A stretch of 64,000 nt of DNA from contig OX597814.1 of assembly GCA_951406725.2 (NCBI GenBank), positions 126,976,001-127,040,000 of the forward strand, given 5' to 3'. The notes under the pieces were generated by a model. The model was given only the letters and a program-made list of their open reading frames with translations, searched no databases and had not been told where the DNA came from. Both the position numbers and the translations under genes were made by a program. Each line of letters starts with the position of its first letter. The first letter of the stretch is position 1. The stretch is from Octopus vulgaris. Taxonomy: Eukaryota. Shown in pieces: positions 1 to 12,295 of the stretch.

Positions 1-234
1 TTACATTTCGAGTTCAAATCCTGGCGCAGTAACCATTGTATTTCATTTGTCTAGGTGTCGATAAAATAAGGTACCAATTAAGTACTGGACTTTATATTAT
101 CAATTATACACGCCTCCAAAGTATCCCATTACTATTCAAAATCAATTATAGAGTGTGGACAGCTGTAGTCACTGAATTGATAGGTGGAGTTACTTCCCTT
201 ACAATCTGTTATCATTGTAATTAATGTTGACATC

Positions 235-345
235 ATGGGGATATTCTTTGTAATTATTCCTATCTCCATCCTGATATTAACTATAGTCTTACATTTTATG
301 TTCCGATCTAAGACTATCCGAAACATCCATGGTTATCATATTGTC
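235..345 (+). CDS. KDSR: KDSR exon 1 (N-terminal hydrophobic anchor)
   Basis: ATG at 235; MGIFFVIIPISILILTIVLHFMFRSKTIRNIHGYHIV then gtaag donor at 346; ends at the position equivalent to human ...GAHVV|VTGG. Confidence 0.85.
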
Positions 346-1324
346 GTAAGTTTTTTTGGTATTGTTTTCTTGTTTTTTAAAAAAGAATTTTACCGTTAAT
401 ATACCTAGTCAGAAATAATAACGTGCCTAAAAGGATGTCAGTACTTCCTAGTTTCATAATTTAAACTTGATCAAAGTTTTTTTTGACCATGATATACTAT
501 CGTAGGATACTAGATTTTACTCATATACGCACCATAATATCACTGTGCTTTCTAGCAGGAAATCACTTTACTTCTGCTGTTTCGTCTCTCCGCCGTCTTC
601 TTTGATGTTTATTTTCGTGGTCTTATTAATACAGTCAATAATTGTATGATGCTAATTAAATGTTCGTGCTTAAACTTACATAATTTAAAATAGTTAATTC
701 AATGAAAAAAGGAATATATTTTAAAAGGAAAAACAAAAAAAAAGGAAAGGACAGAAAAAAACATCAATGCAGCACCAATGCCTCAATTGGTCGCACACCA
801 CAAGGTTCAACGGAACCTACGGAAGCAAGCCAACACGCTCGCGGTATTACCACGGGTGATGGCGAAGCTAAGACGTTGGAAAAGCCAAACACCTTCACGG
901 ACACCACCTGACACCTCGGTAAAGGGGCTGCCAGTGATGACAAGAACTTCGTCGTTAGCAGCCCAGTCCCTCCAAACGTCTCAAACAGACTAGAAGAGAT
1001 AGTTCACTGCCAGGTTCCGATACTTTAAGGTTCTATTCCGTTGAGACTTTGATCAAAGGCATTCCAGCCGCGACTGTCTTATTTTACCCCCTGATATTGT
1101 GTATAAAGAAGTGTTATCTAACGTGTTATTGTTTTTTTAGGATAATCATGTTATCCAGTGTGTCGAGACAATGCAGTGTGGTTCAATGGACAGTGACTGC
1201 TATTTCTAACAAGTTTGCGCGACGACGAATTGCGTGTTTGTCATAGATGTTTTGTTTGTCGATGTAACTTGTATTTCGTAAACATATGCACCGCTAACGA
1301 TTTTGGAGTAAGAAACAAAGTTGT

Positions 1325-1385
1325 GGCAAGACTTCCGCCCGTTCCGCCCCCCACCGCCCTTTTTGACTACGGGAATCTCTGCAGT
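1325..1385. promoter_or_regulatory. GC-box/ETS-like cluster in a CpG-retaining region
   Basis: CCGCCC at 1335, 1344 and 1354, with CTTCCG overlapping the first; CpG is common in 1-1700 and scarce downstream. Confidence 0.4.
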
Positions 1386-3554
1386 GCAATTAATCCTGTG
1401 TCTTGTCAAAATGAATTATCATTATCGGTGTGATAGAAAAGGCAGAACAACAGGCAAAGTGCATTGTGGTATCTAGTTAACAGGCTTTCACGTTCTGTGT
1501 TCAAATCCTGACGAAGTCGATTTCACTTTTTCACTTCGATGTCAATTAAATAAATACCCGCAAGTACTGCAGTCAACGGTACCCTACCCGCCTCAAATAT
1601 ATGTCCATGTGCTGCTAGTAATCATTATTTGTTGCAAAGGTTGTGAAAGGTACTTAATCCTTTTTACACGGAGTTCAAATCCCGACGTCTTTGACTTTTC
1701 ATACTTCTAGTGTCAATAAAATAAGACTCTTTGTCAGAAATTAATCATTTTATTGATATTATTTGAAGTTATTTCCACCAAGCTGTTGCACATAAAATGT
1801 CAGAACCATGAAGTATATTAGAGGCAGCATCAGATATTTTGTGCAACAACCTAACAAGTAGGTGTGTCAGACATCTGGGTAGTAAAATAACATCCAACAA
1901 AATCAACAGGGTTTTAGTAATATTCTTTTTAATACTTAAGCTGTTCAAGTCGGCAAGCTGGTTAGTCATTAGTGTGTCAGAGGAAATGTTTGGCAGCATT
2001 TCTTTCGCTCTTATATATTCAATGTTCAAAGTTTGCTGTGATCATCTTTATCTTTCATACTTTCAGGGTTGATAAACTAAAGTACCAATCAAGTATAGGG
2101 GTTGAAATAATCGATTTTCCCCTTCCCTAAAATTGCTTGCCTTGTGCAGTTACAGATTTATAGTGTTAAGAGATTCCTTGTATATATTTCTACCTAATAC
2201 ACTCTTCTACCTGTACATAATTTTATCTGCATATACATCTAACTTTTTTATTCTCCTTTTATGGGTTTCAGTCATTGGCCTGTAGCCATGCCAGAGCACC
2301 ACCTGATTCAATCCTAGAGCTTTGTCTAGTGCTTATTTCTTCATTCTTCTAAGTTACAAATAGTCAGGGCATTTCTGTTTAAATGTACTGGTTTTTCTGA
2401 TATAAACACACAAACACACACACACATGAAGGACTTCTATGTAGACCCCATCTATAAAATTTCACACAAGAAGTGTACTCAAGACTATGATGGTGTGTGC
2501 TGGGATTGAACCCACAACTGTGTGGTTGCAATGTGAACATTTTAATTATGCAAATATACTTACATTCTATATACTATTAACTAAACATAATTAGCTACAC
2601 ACACTGCCATCTATACATATCTCCAAACAAATTTACAGTAGAAATTGTTTAAAGTGAGTTAAGCGCGACAGAAGTGAATATGATAATGTCAATCTAGTTG
2701 ATGTTTGGGTTCATTTAACATCTTGTAAGTCTCTTATTTTAGGAACAATAATCTAAGAACCAGTGATATATACCTTAGTTCATTGAATTGTACTCTGTCC
2801 TTACAAAATTGGTTTTGTACTTTGTCACAAGAAACCGTTGCATAAGACTGATAATTATTGGTAGTGTCCCACTTTTTACACGCACACATACACACATGCA
2901 GTGTTTACTTTTCACACATTGATGGGATGGTCTACTAGATGGTTGATCTGCTTGATTTTTATACAATAATATACTTTATCTTTTTTCTCTTCATACTCGT
3001 AGGACCCTATCATTTGTTTCATTTACCTAAATATAAAATAGACAGTATTCTTATTTTCAATTGAGTTTGAAGGAGATATATTTTACAATGAACTGCAATA
3101 ATTGATAATCTAATAAAGTGCTTGTTTTTAAATATCCAATCTCGTACTAAATATATATATATATATATATATCTGACAGACGATGCTGAAGCCACTATTG
3201 CATTAGCCCTCAGTGTTATTCATGTAACAGTTTACAAATACTACAAACTACCTAAGATGCCATCTTCTATGTGCAATGATAATTTACTTACTTCACAATT
3301 GGGTAGGAAAGATTGTTTCTCCCACTATGATTACTGTTATTGACAAAAGATAAGATAGTGGCAACCGAAACATTTTTGATTATAGATTTGTTTGGTCTCA
3401 GTGCTGACCTGTGGTTTAACAGCACATTCAGCCACTATATATGCACTGATATGCATGCACAGTAGTCACTTCTGACATGCACCAGTCAATATTTACATAC
3501 ATCAGTCACTCTATACATTTATAACATTAACTAGATACATAAAAGTTAGTTTAT

Positions 3555-5745
3555 ACAGAAATTTGCCAATGTTCTGCATCATGAGGACCAGAGACTTGAA
3601 GGTTTCATATTGCAAGGCAGTGTGTGAGAGAAAATCGTGATGTCATAGGAGAGAAATGTGTCTGCATGAATAATGGCTCACTTGCGTTTAATGATGCTGC
3701 AAAGAGAGAGACTTGGAGATGCCACCATGAAAGGTTGCTAAATGAAGAGAATGAATGGGAGAGAGTCTGCCAAGTGTCAACCAAACAGAGGAACCAGCTA
3801 TTCAGATTGACAGTACCTTGGTAGATAAAGCAATTAAGGGTATGAAGACAGGGAAAGCCCCTGGCCCATCAGGAATCACTGCTGAGATGCTCAAAATATC
3901 TGGCGGTGTAGGCTATAGTCTAGTTAGCCGTATAGTCAACCAGGTGATACATGAAGGAGTCATACCCAATGACTAGTGTAGCAGCGCCATAGTCAACTGC
4001 TATGAAGATAAAGGTGATGCATTAGATTGGAATAATTACAGAGGTATCGTTTTGTTGGATCAGGTAATGGAAGTCATGGAGAAGGTCAAAGCTGGAGAGT
4101 GAGTTAGTTTAGATGAGATGTAGTTTGGGTTTATGCCAGGGAGAAGCACCACTGATGCTATATTTCTGGTAAGACAGCTGCAGGAGAAATACCTAGCCAA
4201 AGATAAACCTTTATTCTTGGCTTTCCCTGACATGGAGAAAGCTTTTGACAGGGTCCCCCGATCCCTTATATGATAATCAATGTGGAAACTAGGGATAGAT
4301 GAGTGGTTGGTGAGAGCTGTACAAGCCATGTACAAGGATGCTGTCAGTAAGGTGAGGGTTTGCAAGAATTCCGGGTAGAAGTAGGGTTCATTAAGGATCA
4401 GTCCTCAGCCTCCTCTTGTTCATCATACTCCTCCGGGCAATAACAAAGGAATTCAAGACTGGCTGCCCCTCGAAGCTCCTCTATGTTGATGACCATGCTC
4501 TAATAGCTGAGTCACTACTATAACTAGAGATGAAGTTTCAGGTGTGGAAGCAAGGTCTAGAATCGAAGGGCCTTAAAAATTAATCTAGCAAAGACCAAAG
4601 TCATAGTAAGTAGGAAGGCAGACAAATCACAAATGCCTTTAGGTAGATGGCCCTGCTTGGTCTGTAGATAAGGCAAAAGTAGAAACTCCATAAGATGTAC
4701 CCAGTGTAAGCTATGGAGACATAAAAGGTGCAGCAATATCATAGGAATGTTAACTGGGAAGATAGTTTTTGTGAGTGGTAGATGCACAGGGGCAATAAAC
4801 ACCAAAGATGTACAGAAAACAGATTCCATCTCATGCCAGGGGAAAAAACTACAAGTAGTTGATAGCTTCTATTACCTAGGTAGTGGGGGTTGATGCTCTG
4901 AGAACGTAGCTGCTAGAATAAGAATAGCCTGGGCAAAGTTTAGAGAGCACCTACCTCTGTTGGTAACAAAAGGCCTCTTGCTCAGAGTGAATGGTAGACT
5001 GTATATGCATGTGTGCAAACAGCCATGCTACATGGCAGTGAAACATGGGCTGTGATTGCTGAGGACATGCGTAAGCTTGCAAGGAATGAAGCCAATATGC
5101 TCCACTGGATGTGTAATGTCAGTGTGCATACAAGACAGAGTGTAAGCATCCTGAGAGAAATGTTGGACGTAAGAAGCATCAGATGTGGAGTGCAAGAGAG
5201 ACAACTGCGCTGGTATGGTCATGTGTTGCATATGGATGAGGACAGCTGTGTGAAGAAGTGTCACACCCTAACAGTGGAAGGAACTTGTGGAAGAGGTAGA
5301 CACAAGAAGACATGGAATGAGGTGGTAAAGCACAACCTTCGAATGTTGGGTCTCACAGAGGTAATGACAAGCAACCGAGACCTTTGGAGATATGCTGTGC
5401 TTGAGAAGACCTGGCAAGCCAAGTGAGATTGTAGTTGTGGCCCATGCCAGTGTTGCATAACTGGATCATCTAAAAGTACTCTTCAGTCATCAGGAAATAT
5501 GCTGTGCTTGAGAAGACCTGTTGAGTCAAGTGAAATTGTAGTCATGGTCGATGCCAGTGCTGCCTGACTGGCTCCTGTGCTGGTGGCACATAAAAAGCAC
5601 CCTTTGAGCATGGTTGATGCCAGTGCCGCCTGACTGGCTCCCGTGCTGGTGGCACATAAAAAGCACCATTCATGTATGGTCAGTGCCAGTACCACTTGAC
5701 TGGCCCCTGTGCTGGTGGCATGTGAAAAGCATCCACTACACCCAT
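3555..5745 (+). mobile_element. 5'-truncated, disrupted RTE-clade LINE with 3' UTR tandem repeats
   Basis: MKTGKAPGPSGITAEMLK, FGFMPGRSTTDAIF, DMEKAFDRVP, LLYVDD, MLHGSETW, LRWYGHV, RGRHKKTW; many stops and frameshifts. Confidence 0.95.
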
Positions 5746-6671
5746 ACATACTTGATAAGATCCTTTCTATAAAGTTAAATGAAGTTAGAAATATTTTAAA
5801 TTTTCAACAAAAACAATGCATGTCCACAGATTTGATCTCCTTGAGATTGAATTCTACACAACCACCCACACAATTTAGTTCATCATTCTGTCAATGATTC
5901 TGTTATATCTCACTAAATCTGAAACTAGATATTTCGCAAAGCATTTCTCTATTTGTTTTGTTTCTTCAAGTCCAGTGTGGAATTCTCTGAAATGGCATTG
6001 TTGTGGGATCTGCCAATTCTGGAACAATAACTAGTGATAAAGATATAACTTGTTACAAAGTACTCCAGTTACTTTATTGGAAAAATACTTCCATGTTTTT
6101 ATTTATTTATTTACTTTTATTGTGCTCATCAGAAAAATGAAGAGAATTGCAAAATTTTCATATCATTTACCGATTTTGTAGAATAAAATTTGTAAATCAA
6201 TCAAAACAACATCAAACCATATTTTCTTCCCAGAAAGCTTAAAACTAATTAAAAATATATATTGTTAGTGATCAGAGTCTTAAATGTATGGCAAAAAACT
6301 GACAACTAAAAATATTTATTCTTACTTTGCAATTAATAAATGAATATGACAGAATAGCATGTTCTTAATAACTACAATGATTCTATCAAGATGCAGCTGC
6401 TAAGTAAAAATCAGTCTTTATTAAAGCTTCATGACGTTCATAAATATATTTTCTATGGTATATTGTTTTTACATTGATGTATGTCTTATTTCTGTACTAA
6501 AATTTTCCATCAATCACTTTTTAAAACTCTTGATGTTGTCTCCACACAGAATTAACATTGCTATACTGACAACTTTATCAGACAACTTCTATTGCCATAA
6601 TATTTACAGTGAATTGACACTTCTATGTTAATCACTTCATTGGCTTTAATTATTAGCATAATGGTCTTTAA

Positions 6672-6892
6672 CCCTTTCATTACCGTATTTATTTTGAGAT
6701 GTTCTGTGTTTCTTTCAATTACTTTAAATATAACAAATACTTTAGTAAAATAACTTTGTTATCATTAAGTTAGTGTTAGGAACATAAATTGTGACTAAGG
6801 TGTGGTGGGAGATTTTAATTCAAAACTTATGAAAACAAGACATTTGTACTACAGAGCCAGAGCTGGTTTCAGCTGGGTTGGTAATGAAAGGG
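6672..6892. mobile_element. TTAA-flanked MITE (piggyBac-like ends)
   Basis: TIR CCCTTTCATTACC...GGTAATGAAAGGG flanked by TTAA at 6668-6671 and 6893-6896. Confidence 0.85.
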
Positions 6893-7344
6893 TTAAGGTG
6901 ACAAGCTGGATAAAATACTTAGTGTCTTTTCTTCCAACACTTTATGTTCTGAGTTCCAATGTTACCAAGATCAATTTTGCCTTTCATCCTTTTCAGGTTG
7001 ATAAAATAAAGTACTAGTGAAGTAGTCAAGTACTTGGGTTGATGTAATTAACTAACTCCCATACCCTAAATTACTGGCCTTGTGCCAAAATTTGAACTCA
7101 TTATCAGTGTGGTCCGTACTCAAAATCAAGATGTGTAATCTTCCTTTAATGAAAGATGTTATCAAATATAGAAAACATGAAATTATGTGCTAAAGCCTAA
7201 TTAGTCTCATACATTGGGCTGAAGCTAAAGTGTATGCAATAACTTCACTATAACTAACTCTCTCTGCATCTATTGTTTTCCTTCTCTATTGCATCACTCT
7301 TATCTTATCAAAACAAATATTTCCCAGTATTTGGTTTTTTGTAG

Positions 7345-7590
7345 AGGCACGTGGCTTAGTGGTTAGGTTGTCAGCATCATGATCGCAAGATTGTGGTTTA
7401 GATTCCTGGACCGGGCGACGCGTTATGTTCTTGAGCAAAACACTTCATTTCACATTGTTCCAGTCCACTCAGCTGGCAAAAATGAGTAACGCTGCAATGG
7501 ACTGGCATCCTGTCCAGCTGGGGAACACATACACCATTGAAACCGGACCCATGAGCCTTTAAAAGGGCACATTTATTTTATTTTTTATTT
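7345..7590 (+). mobile_element. tRNA-derived SINE (family C)
   Basis: Box A TGGCTTAGTGG, box B-like GGTTTAGATTCC, TTCTTGAGCAA core, (TTTA)n tail; relatives near 61065 (+) and 49100-49260 (-). Confidence 0.75.
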
Positions 7591-7651
7591 GGTTTCTTAT
7601 TGCTATTTCACATCTAATGACTTAAATCTTCATTTTTAAAATTTTTTATAG

Positions 7652-7741
7652 GTGACTGGTGGATCAAGCGGTATTGGTAAATCTGTGGCACTTTATGTTG
7701 CTTCAAAAGGTGCAAATGTCACTTTATTAGCCCGCAATCAG
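7652..7741 (+). CDS. KDSR: KDSR exon 2 (Rossmann TGxxxGxG motif)
   Basis: tttatag acceptor; VTGGSSGIGKSVALYVASKGANVTLLARNQ; gtttgt donor. Confidence 0.96.
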
Positions 7742-7925
7742 GTTTGTATCATTTCATCTGTTAACACTTGAAATCTTTTTCTGTTAGATTTTGTTGTTGC
7801 TTAATCTCATGTCAGCCCTGATCCAAATGGTAGGATATAATTATGTGGGTATTTGGCTGTTATTTGTAGAAGATCAAGTAGCTGCATAGAAACTCCTTCA
7901 TTAGCTTGTGTGTGTGTGTATATAT

Positions 7926-8497
7926 AATAATAATGAAATTATTGTGTATAGTGCTCAGATGCACTGCAACTCATCAAAGGTGCATGTATAGTACAAAAGT
8001 CAGGAAAGTGAACAGTAAGATTCATGATATACATGTGTGCATGTGTATAGAGGTAGGGATATCAGGTGTAGTGTTGGTGAATTTCAGGAAGCATGAAGGT
8101 TTTAAAGAATGCAATGTCTTAGCAACTAACAACTGATGCAGGTAGTTTGTTCCATGCTTCAGCAACTCTGAGTGTGAAAAAATGTTTCCGAAAGTCATGG
8201 GTGCTGTGCTGTTTTCTGACTTTGTAGGAATGCCCACTTGTGTTAGACACATGGAGCTAAAAAAAGGTGCTTAAGGTGGTTGTTGGCACAATGGTTAATA
8301 ATTTTGTGGGTGTTTACCAAGTCAGTTGCCAGACGTCAGAGCTTTAGTGTATCTATGCCCAAGGAAGCAAGGCATTCAGAGTATGGTAGCTGTCTGATGG
8401 AGGGTATTCGCTTGGTTACATGTCTCTGAACAGTTTCCAGAAGGTCAATGTCCTGAGCAAGTAAGGAATTCCAGACTGGTGATGCAAATTCCAAGTG
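7926..8497 (-). mobile_element. CR1/L2-group LINE 3' fragment
   Basis: Reverse complement of 16221-16790; (ATT)n tail. Confidence 0.85.
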
Positions 8498-9140
8498 TGT
8501 GTGTGCACGTGCACGCGTGCGTATATCCTCATCACCATTGCCATCATTTTAACATCCCCTTTTCCTGCTGCATGGGTTTGATGGAATATGTCCTCATAGC
8601 CAAGCATGTTTTTTTTTATGAAAGATAGCAAATGAAGGACACTACATGTGTTATTGTGTCACTTCCTTCTAACTATTGTGAGATGTCAAGACAAGGAAAC
8701 ACAAGTACACACACACTCATGCACATACACGCATGCACATACACACATAGTGTATGCATGCATATTCTGCATCACTGCCACATGTTACTACTCATACTGC
8801 TGTCACATATTACCACCACATATTAACACCTCAAGTTATCAAATGAACTAGTAAACCTGCTTCTACTTGGTCAATTGACATACTAGCAATATCAACCAGA
8901 TCTCATTCAAATTGCACCCTATCATCTTGATAGAAAGGAACACACTAGAAAACAGAGTCCTAGATATGCAATATATGAGATAAAGATGTGGTGGTCATAC
9001 CTGGAACACCTTCATTTTTTAGTCTGCTAGTCACGACTGATCTGGGGTTAAACAATAACTATACATCACAACTAAACCTTACCACAATACACAACTACTT
9101 CATGTTGCCAGACATTACCACTTCTATAAATCTATCACCA

Positions 9141-9362
9141 TAAAGGCAGCGAGCTGGCAGAAATATTAGCATGCTGGGAAAAATGCTTATCAGTATTTTG
9201 TCTGTCTTTACATTCTGAGTTCAAATTCCGCCGAGGTTGACTTTGCCTTTCATCCTTCCGGGGTCAATAAATTAAGAACCAGTTGCATACTGGGGATCAA
9301 TCTAATTGACTGGACCCCTCCCCCAAAATTTCGGGCCTTGTGCCTAGAGTGGGAAAGTATAT
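9141..9362 (+). mobile_element. tRNA-derived SINE (family A)
   Basis: GGCAGCGAGCTGGCAGAA head, GAGTTCAAATTCC box B, GCCTTTCATCCTTCCGGGGTC core; 11-bp TSD ATCTATCACCA (9130-9140 / 9363-9373). Decayed copies near 1-125, 1430-1730, 1940-2150, 6897-7100, 11610-11805, 15000-15175. Confidence 0.9.
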
Positions 9363-9561
9363 ATCTATCACCACCACTATATACTACCACAATACATCAC
9401 CACACACTACTGCAATACACATATAACTATTGCTATTGTATATTTAAACATTCATTTAGATGAGTACCTGCATGCTGTATCACTACTACCACTACCACCA
9501 TCCCATATCATCTCATCTCATACTATAAACATGATATATTAATATCTGTTTTTCTCTCCAG

Positions 9562-9618
9562 GAAAGACTCCAAAATGTAGCAGATGAAGTACAAAAATGT
9601 TTTATTGATGAACAACAG
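9562..9618 (+). CDS. KDSR: KDSR exon 3
   Basis: tctccag acceptor; ERLQNVADEVQKCFIDEQQ; gtaagt donor; 57 nt. Confidence 0.92.
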
Positions 9619-10156
9619 GTAAGTCTTATTAAATTTTCTTAAGCTTTCTTTTTTTCCACTATCTATATACACCATGCAGATATAATTTATATATACCTTG
9701 TGCCTTGAGGGTAAGCTCTCACCATCTCTTTTTCTTTCTATCTCTTTCCAGCTGAAGAAACTGTGTGCACACTTCTTCAGCATGACACTTATTCTTTTCC
9801 TTCTACCATAATTTCACATCCTTCAATACTGCTTTCCAATACAATACTGCTAAAACTCAAGAACTACCCAACTGATTTCATTCTAATTTTACTCATGCCT
9901 TACTTAGAGTACATGTAGTGTCATGGGCCAAAAAATTTTCAGTTTCTTGCCTAATGCGAGCCTGGAGCAATCTCTTATCTCTTATACTATTTCAGTATTA
10001 CGTGTCAAAAGTGAAACAACAACATCCCTATCGTCATGTGAAATACTTGCAGTTTAATAGTTTTACTATTAATACTAAAATTTATATTTGTTCTTGGGTT
10101 GAAGATAGTTCTACATATCTGAATATATGGTGCTATTTTATATTTTTCTATTCCAG

Positions 10157-10222
10157 AAAGTAGTTACAGCCTCAGTTGACTTGTCCAAAAGTTACCAAGA
10201 TGTAGAAAATACCATGAAGAAG
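10157..10222 (+). CDS. KDSR: KDSR exon 4
   Basis: ttccag acceptor; KVVTASVDLSKSYQDVENTMKK (cf. human [22 protein letters not shown]); gtaagt donor. Confidence 0.94.
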
Positions 10223-10439
10223 GTAAGTCTTAAAGATTCTATCTTTTGTATTGGTTACATATAAAGCATTTGGACTTGGAAACGATTAGAAATCACTAAA
10301 TGAAACAAATGACATTTTAAAACAAATGCTTTCAAATATCTTTTAAAAAATCATGAACTGGTATTGGGTACAGAAAGATTTTTGATATTTCTGAATTACA
10401 CCTGTTTAGTCTATATAATACTAAAATTCAGTCTGTTTT

Positions 10440-11330
10440 ACTGTATGTATTTCCCTTATTTTTAGACTAAACTATACAATGTTGTGATAAAGGGTTTCTA
10501 CTTTTGTTGTCTTTTCTCTAATTTTAAATGAAATTTTCACATCGTCTGGGTAGCTGACATCTACAACAGTGCATGATATTTTATTTCTTGTCCCATAGAA
10601 TAGTATCAAGCATATTACATTTGCACTAGTTTGCTGTTTTTTATTGTAATGTTCCATCAGATTTCCTTACTTTTAAAGGTGTGGATACAGTTTGTTTCTA
10701 CTGTGCCTTCATATGGCTAATAGAATAATCCTTCTTGTGGATAGCATCATGAATGGTTTTAGCAACAATATTACGTCTCATAAGAAGCTAGTAACTTGCA
10801 AACACTTTCGGACAGCTGCTGATGCTGTGGAGGATGTCTGTCACATGGATACAATTCATTATTATTTAACATCCGTTTTCCTTGCAGGTATGGGTTGGAT
10901 GGTTTGACAGGAGCTGGCCAAGAACTGCACCAGGCTCCATTGTCTACTCTGGCATAGTTTCTGTGGCTAGATCCCCTTCCTAATATCAACCATTTTAAAG
11001 GTTGTACTGGATGGTTTTTATATGAAACCAACACCAGCAGAGTCACCAAGTACTTGCAAGACAAAGATTTCTTGACGGGGAGAGGGAGTGGTACTGCATC
11101 TCCCAGCTGAGGGGTCCTTGTCCCTAAGTACTTGGATCTGAAAGCATCCTTATCTCTCATATAGATGATGTATTTAGTAGCTATCCTGTTCCTGGATTGC
11201 AAATATATCATAGCTGTCTAGGTAAAATGTACTGTAGCTACCATATGTCTTGGTAAGGCTTCTTGTCCTGTCAATGTTGAGTGTATGAAGACCAAAGGCT
11301 TAGCTATGTTGATCTGAATCAACCACACAA
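10440..11330 (-). mobile_element. RLE-type (R4/Dong/NeSL-like) non-LTR retrotransposon 3' remnant
   Basis: Frameshifted IATKYIIYMRDK, ILHSISSCPK (zinc-knuckle end), RRNIVAKTIH (RHN-like) and CTVVDVSYP (PD..D endonuclease-like); split by an RTE tail copy at about 10862-11070. Confidence 0.65.
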
Positions 11331-11433
11331 TCGCATAACTGAAACTCTAAACATAGAAAACCATTATGTTAAAACATGCATTTATTTCCTAATTTTCACA
11401 AACTTCTCTCCAAAATTGTTTTATTTTACAAAG

Positions 11434-11532
11434 GTTATTGAAGACCAAGGGAAAGAAGTTGACATTTTAGTCAATTGTGCTGGAACATCCATGAGTGCTG
11501 ACTTTGAAAAAACCAGTATTGATGATTTTAAG
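11434..11532 (+). CDS. KDSR: KDSR exon 5 (NCAG motif)
   Basis: VIEDQGKEVDILVNCAGTSMSADFEKTSIDDFK; aag acceptor, gtaaac donor. Confidence 0.95.
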
Positions 11533-11854
11533 GTAAACAAACAGCTGTTGTTTCCGTTTGGTGTATAGTAAAGTATGTATGACAAAGTAAACTATGTATG
11601 ACAAAGAGTTGCGTTAAGTGTTATTATTGCACACCAGGCAAAATGCATCCATCTGAATGTTCTGAATTTTCAAATTCCACTGAGGTCAACTTTGCCTTTC
11701 ATCCTTCCAGGGGTGATAAAATAAATACCAGTTCATCACTGAGGTTGATGTAATTGACTTACCGTCTCCCCAGAATTGCTGGCCTGGTGCCTATAATAGA
11801 AAAGATTATTATTATTATTAATTATTATTATTATTATTATTACTATTATTATTA

Positions 11855-12295
11855 AGGCAGCAAGCTAGCAGAATTGTTAGCATGCTGTGCAGAATGCTTA
11901 ACAGCATTTCATCTGTCTTTAACCCTTTCATTACTGTATTTATTTTGAGATGCTCTGGGTTTCTTTCAGTTACTTTAAATATAACTAAGAATTTAGTAAA
12001 ATAACTTAGTTATCATTCAGCTAGTGTTAGGAACATAAATTGACTAAGGTGTGGTGGAAGATTTTAATTCAAAACTTATGAAAACAGGACATTTGTACTC
12101 AGAACCAGAGCTGATTTCAGTCAGGTTGGTAACGAAAGGGTTAAGTTCTGAGTTTGAATATGTTGGGGTTGACTTTGCTTTCCATCCTTCCGGGGTTGAG
12201 AAAATAAGTACCAGTTGAACACTGAGGTTGGTGTAATTAACTTACTCCCTCCCCTGAAACTGTTACTCTTGTGCCAAAACCTGAAACCATTATTA
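11855..12295 (+). mobile_element. Family A SINE with nested TTAA MITE (11923-12140)
   Basis: SINE head, then TTAA-CCCTTTCATTAC...GTAACGAAAGGG-TTAA, then SINE resumes at GTTCTGAGTT. Confidence 0.85.

Noticed and set aside
826-882. HDV-like ribozyme resemblance (CCAAC..CTCGCGGT..GG..CTAAG..GTTGG) and a hairpin at 925-964
   Set aside because: No upstream P1 partner for ATTACCAC, L3 is too short and P4 is weak; the fold cannot be completed
702-993. Short ORFs in the GC-rich part of KDSR intron 1
   Set aside because: No recognisable homology or splice context; expected by chance at higher GC
5013-5426. 137-aa ORF as a host gene
   Set aside because: C-terminal fragment of the disrupted RTE ORF
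5540-5740. CRISPR-like repeat/spacer periodicity (also 13198-13530 and 35660-35930)
   Set aside because: Eukaryotic intron context, no cas genes, spacers are homologous to one another; explained as LINE 3' UTR and minisatellite
9141-9230. tRNA genes suggested by box A/B motifs (also 23733 and 7345)
   Set aside because: No cloverleaf; they are SINE heads followed by SINE bodies, some with TSDs
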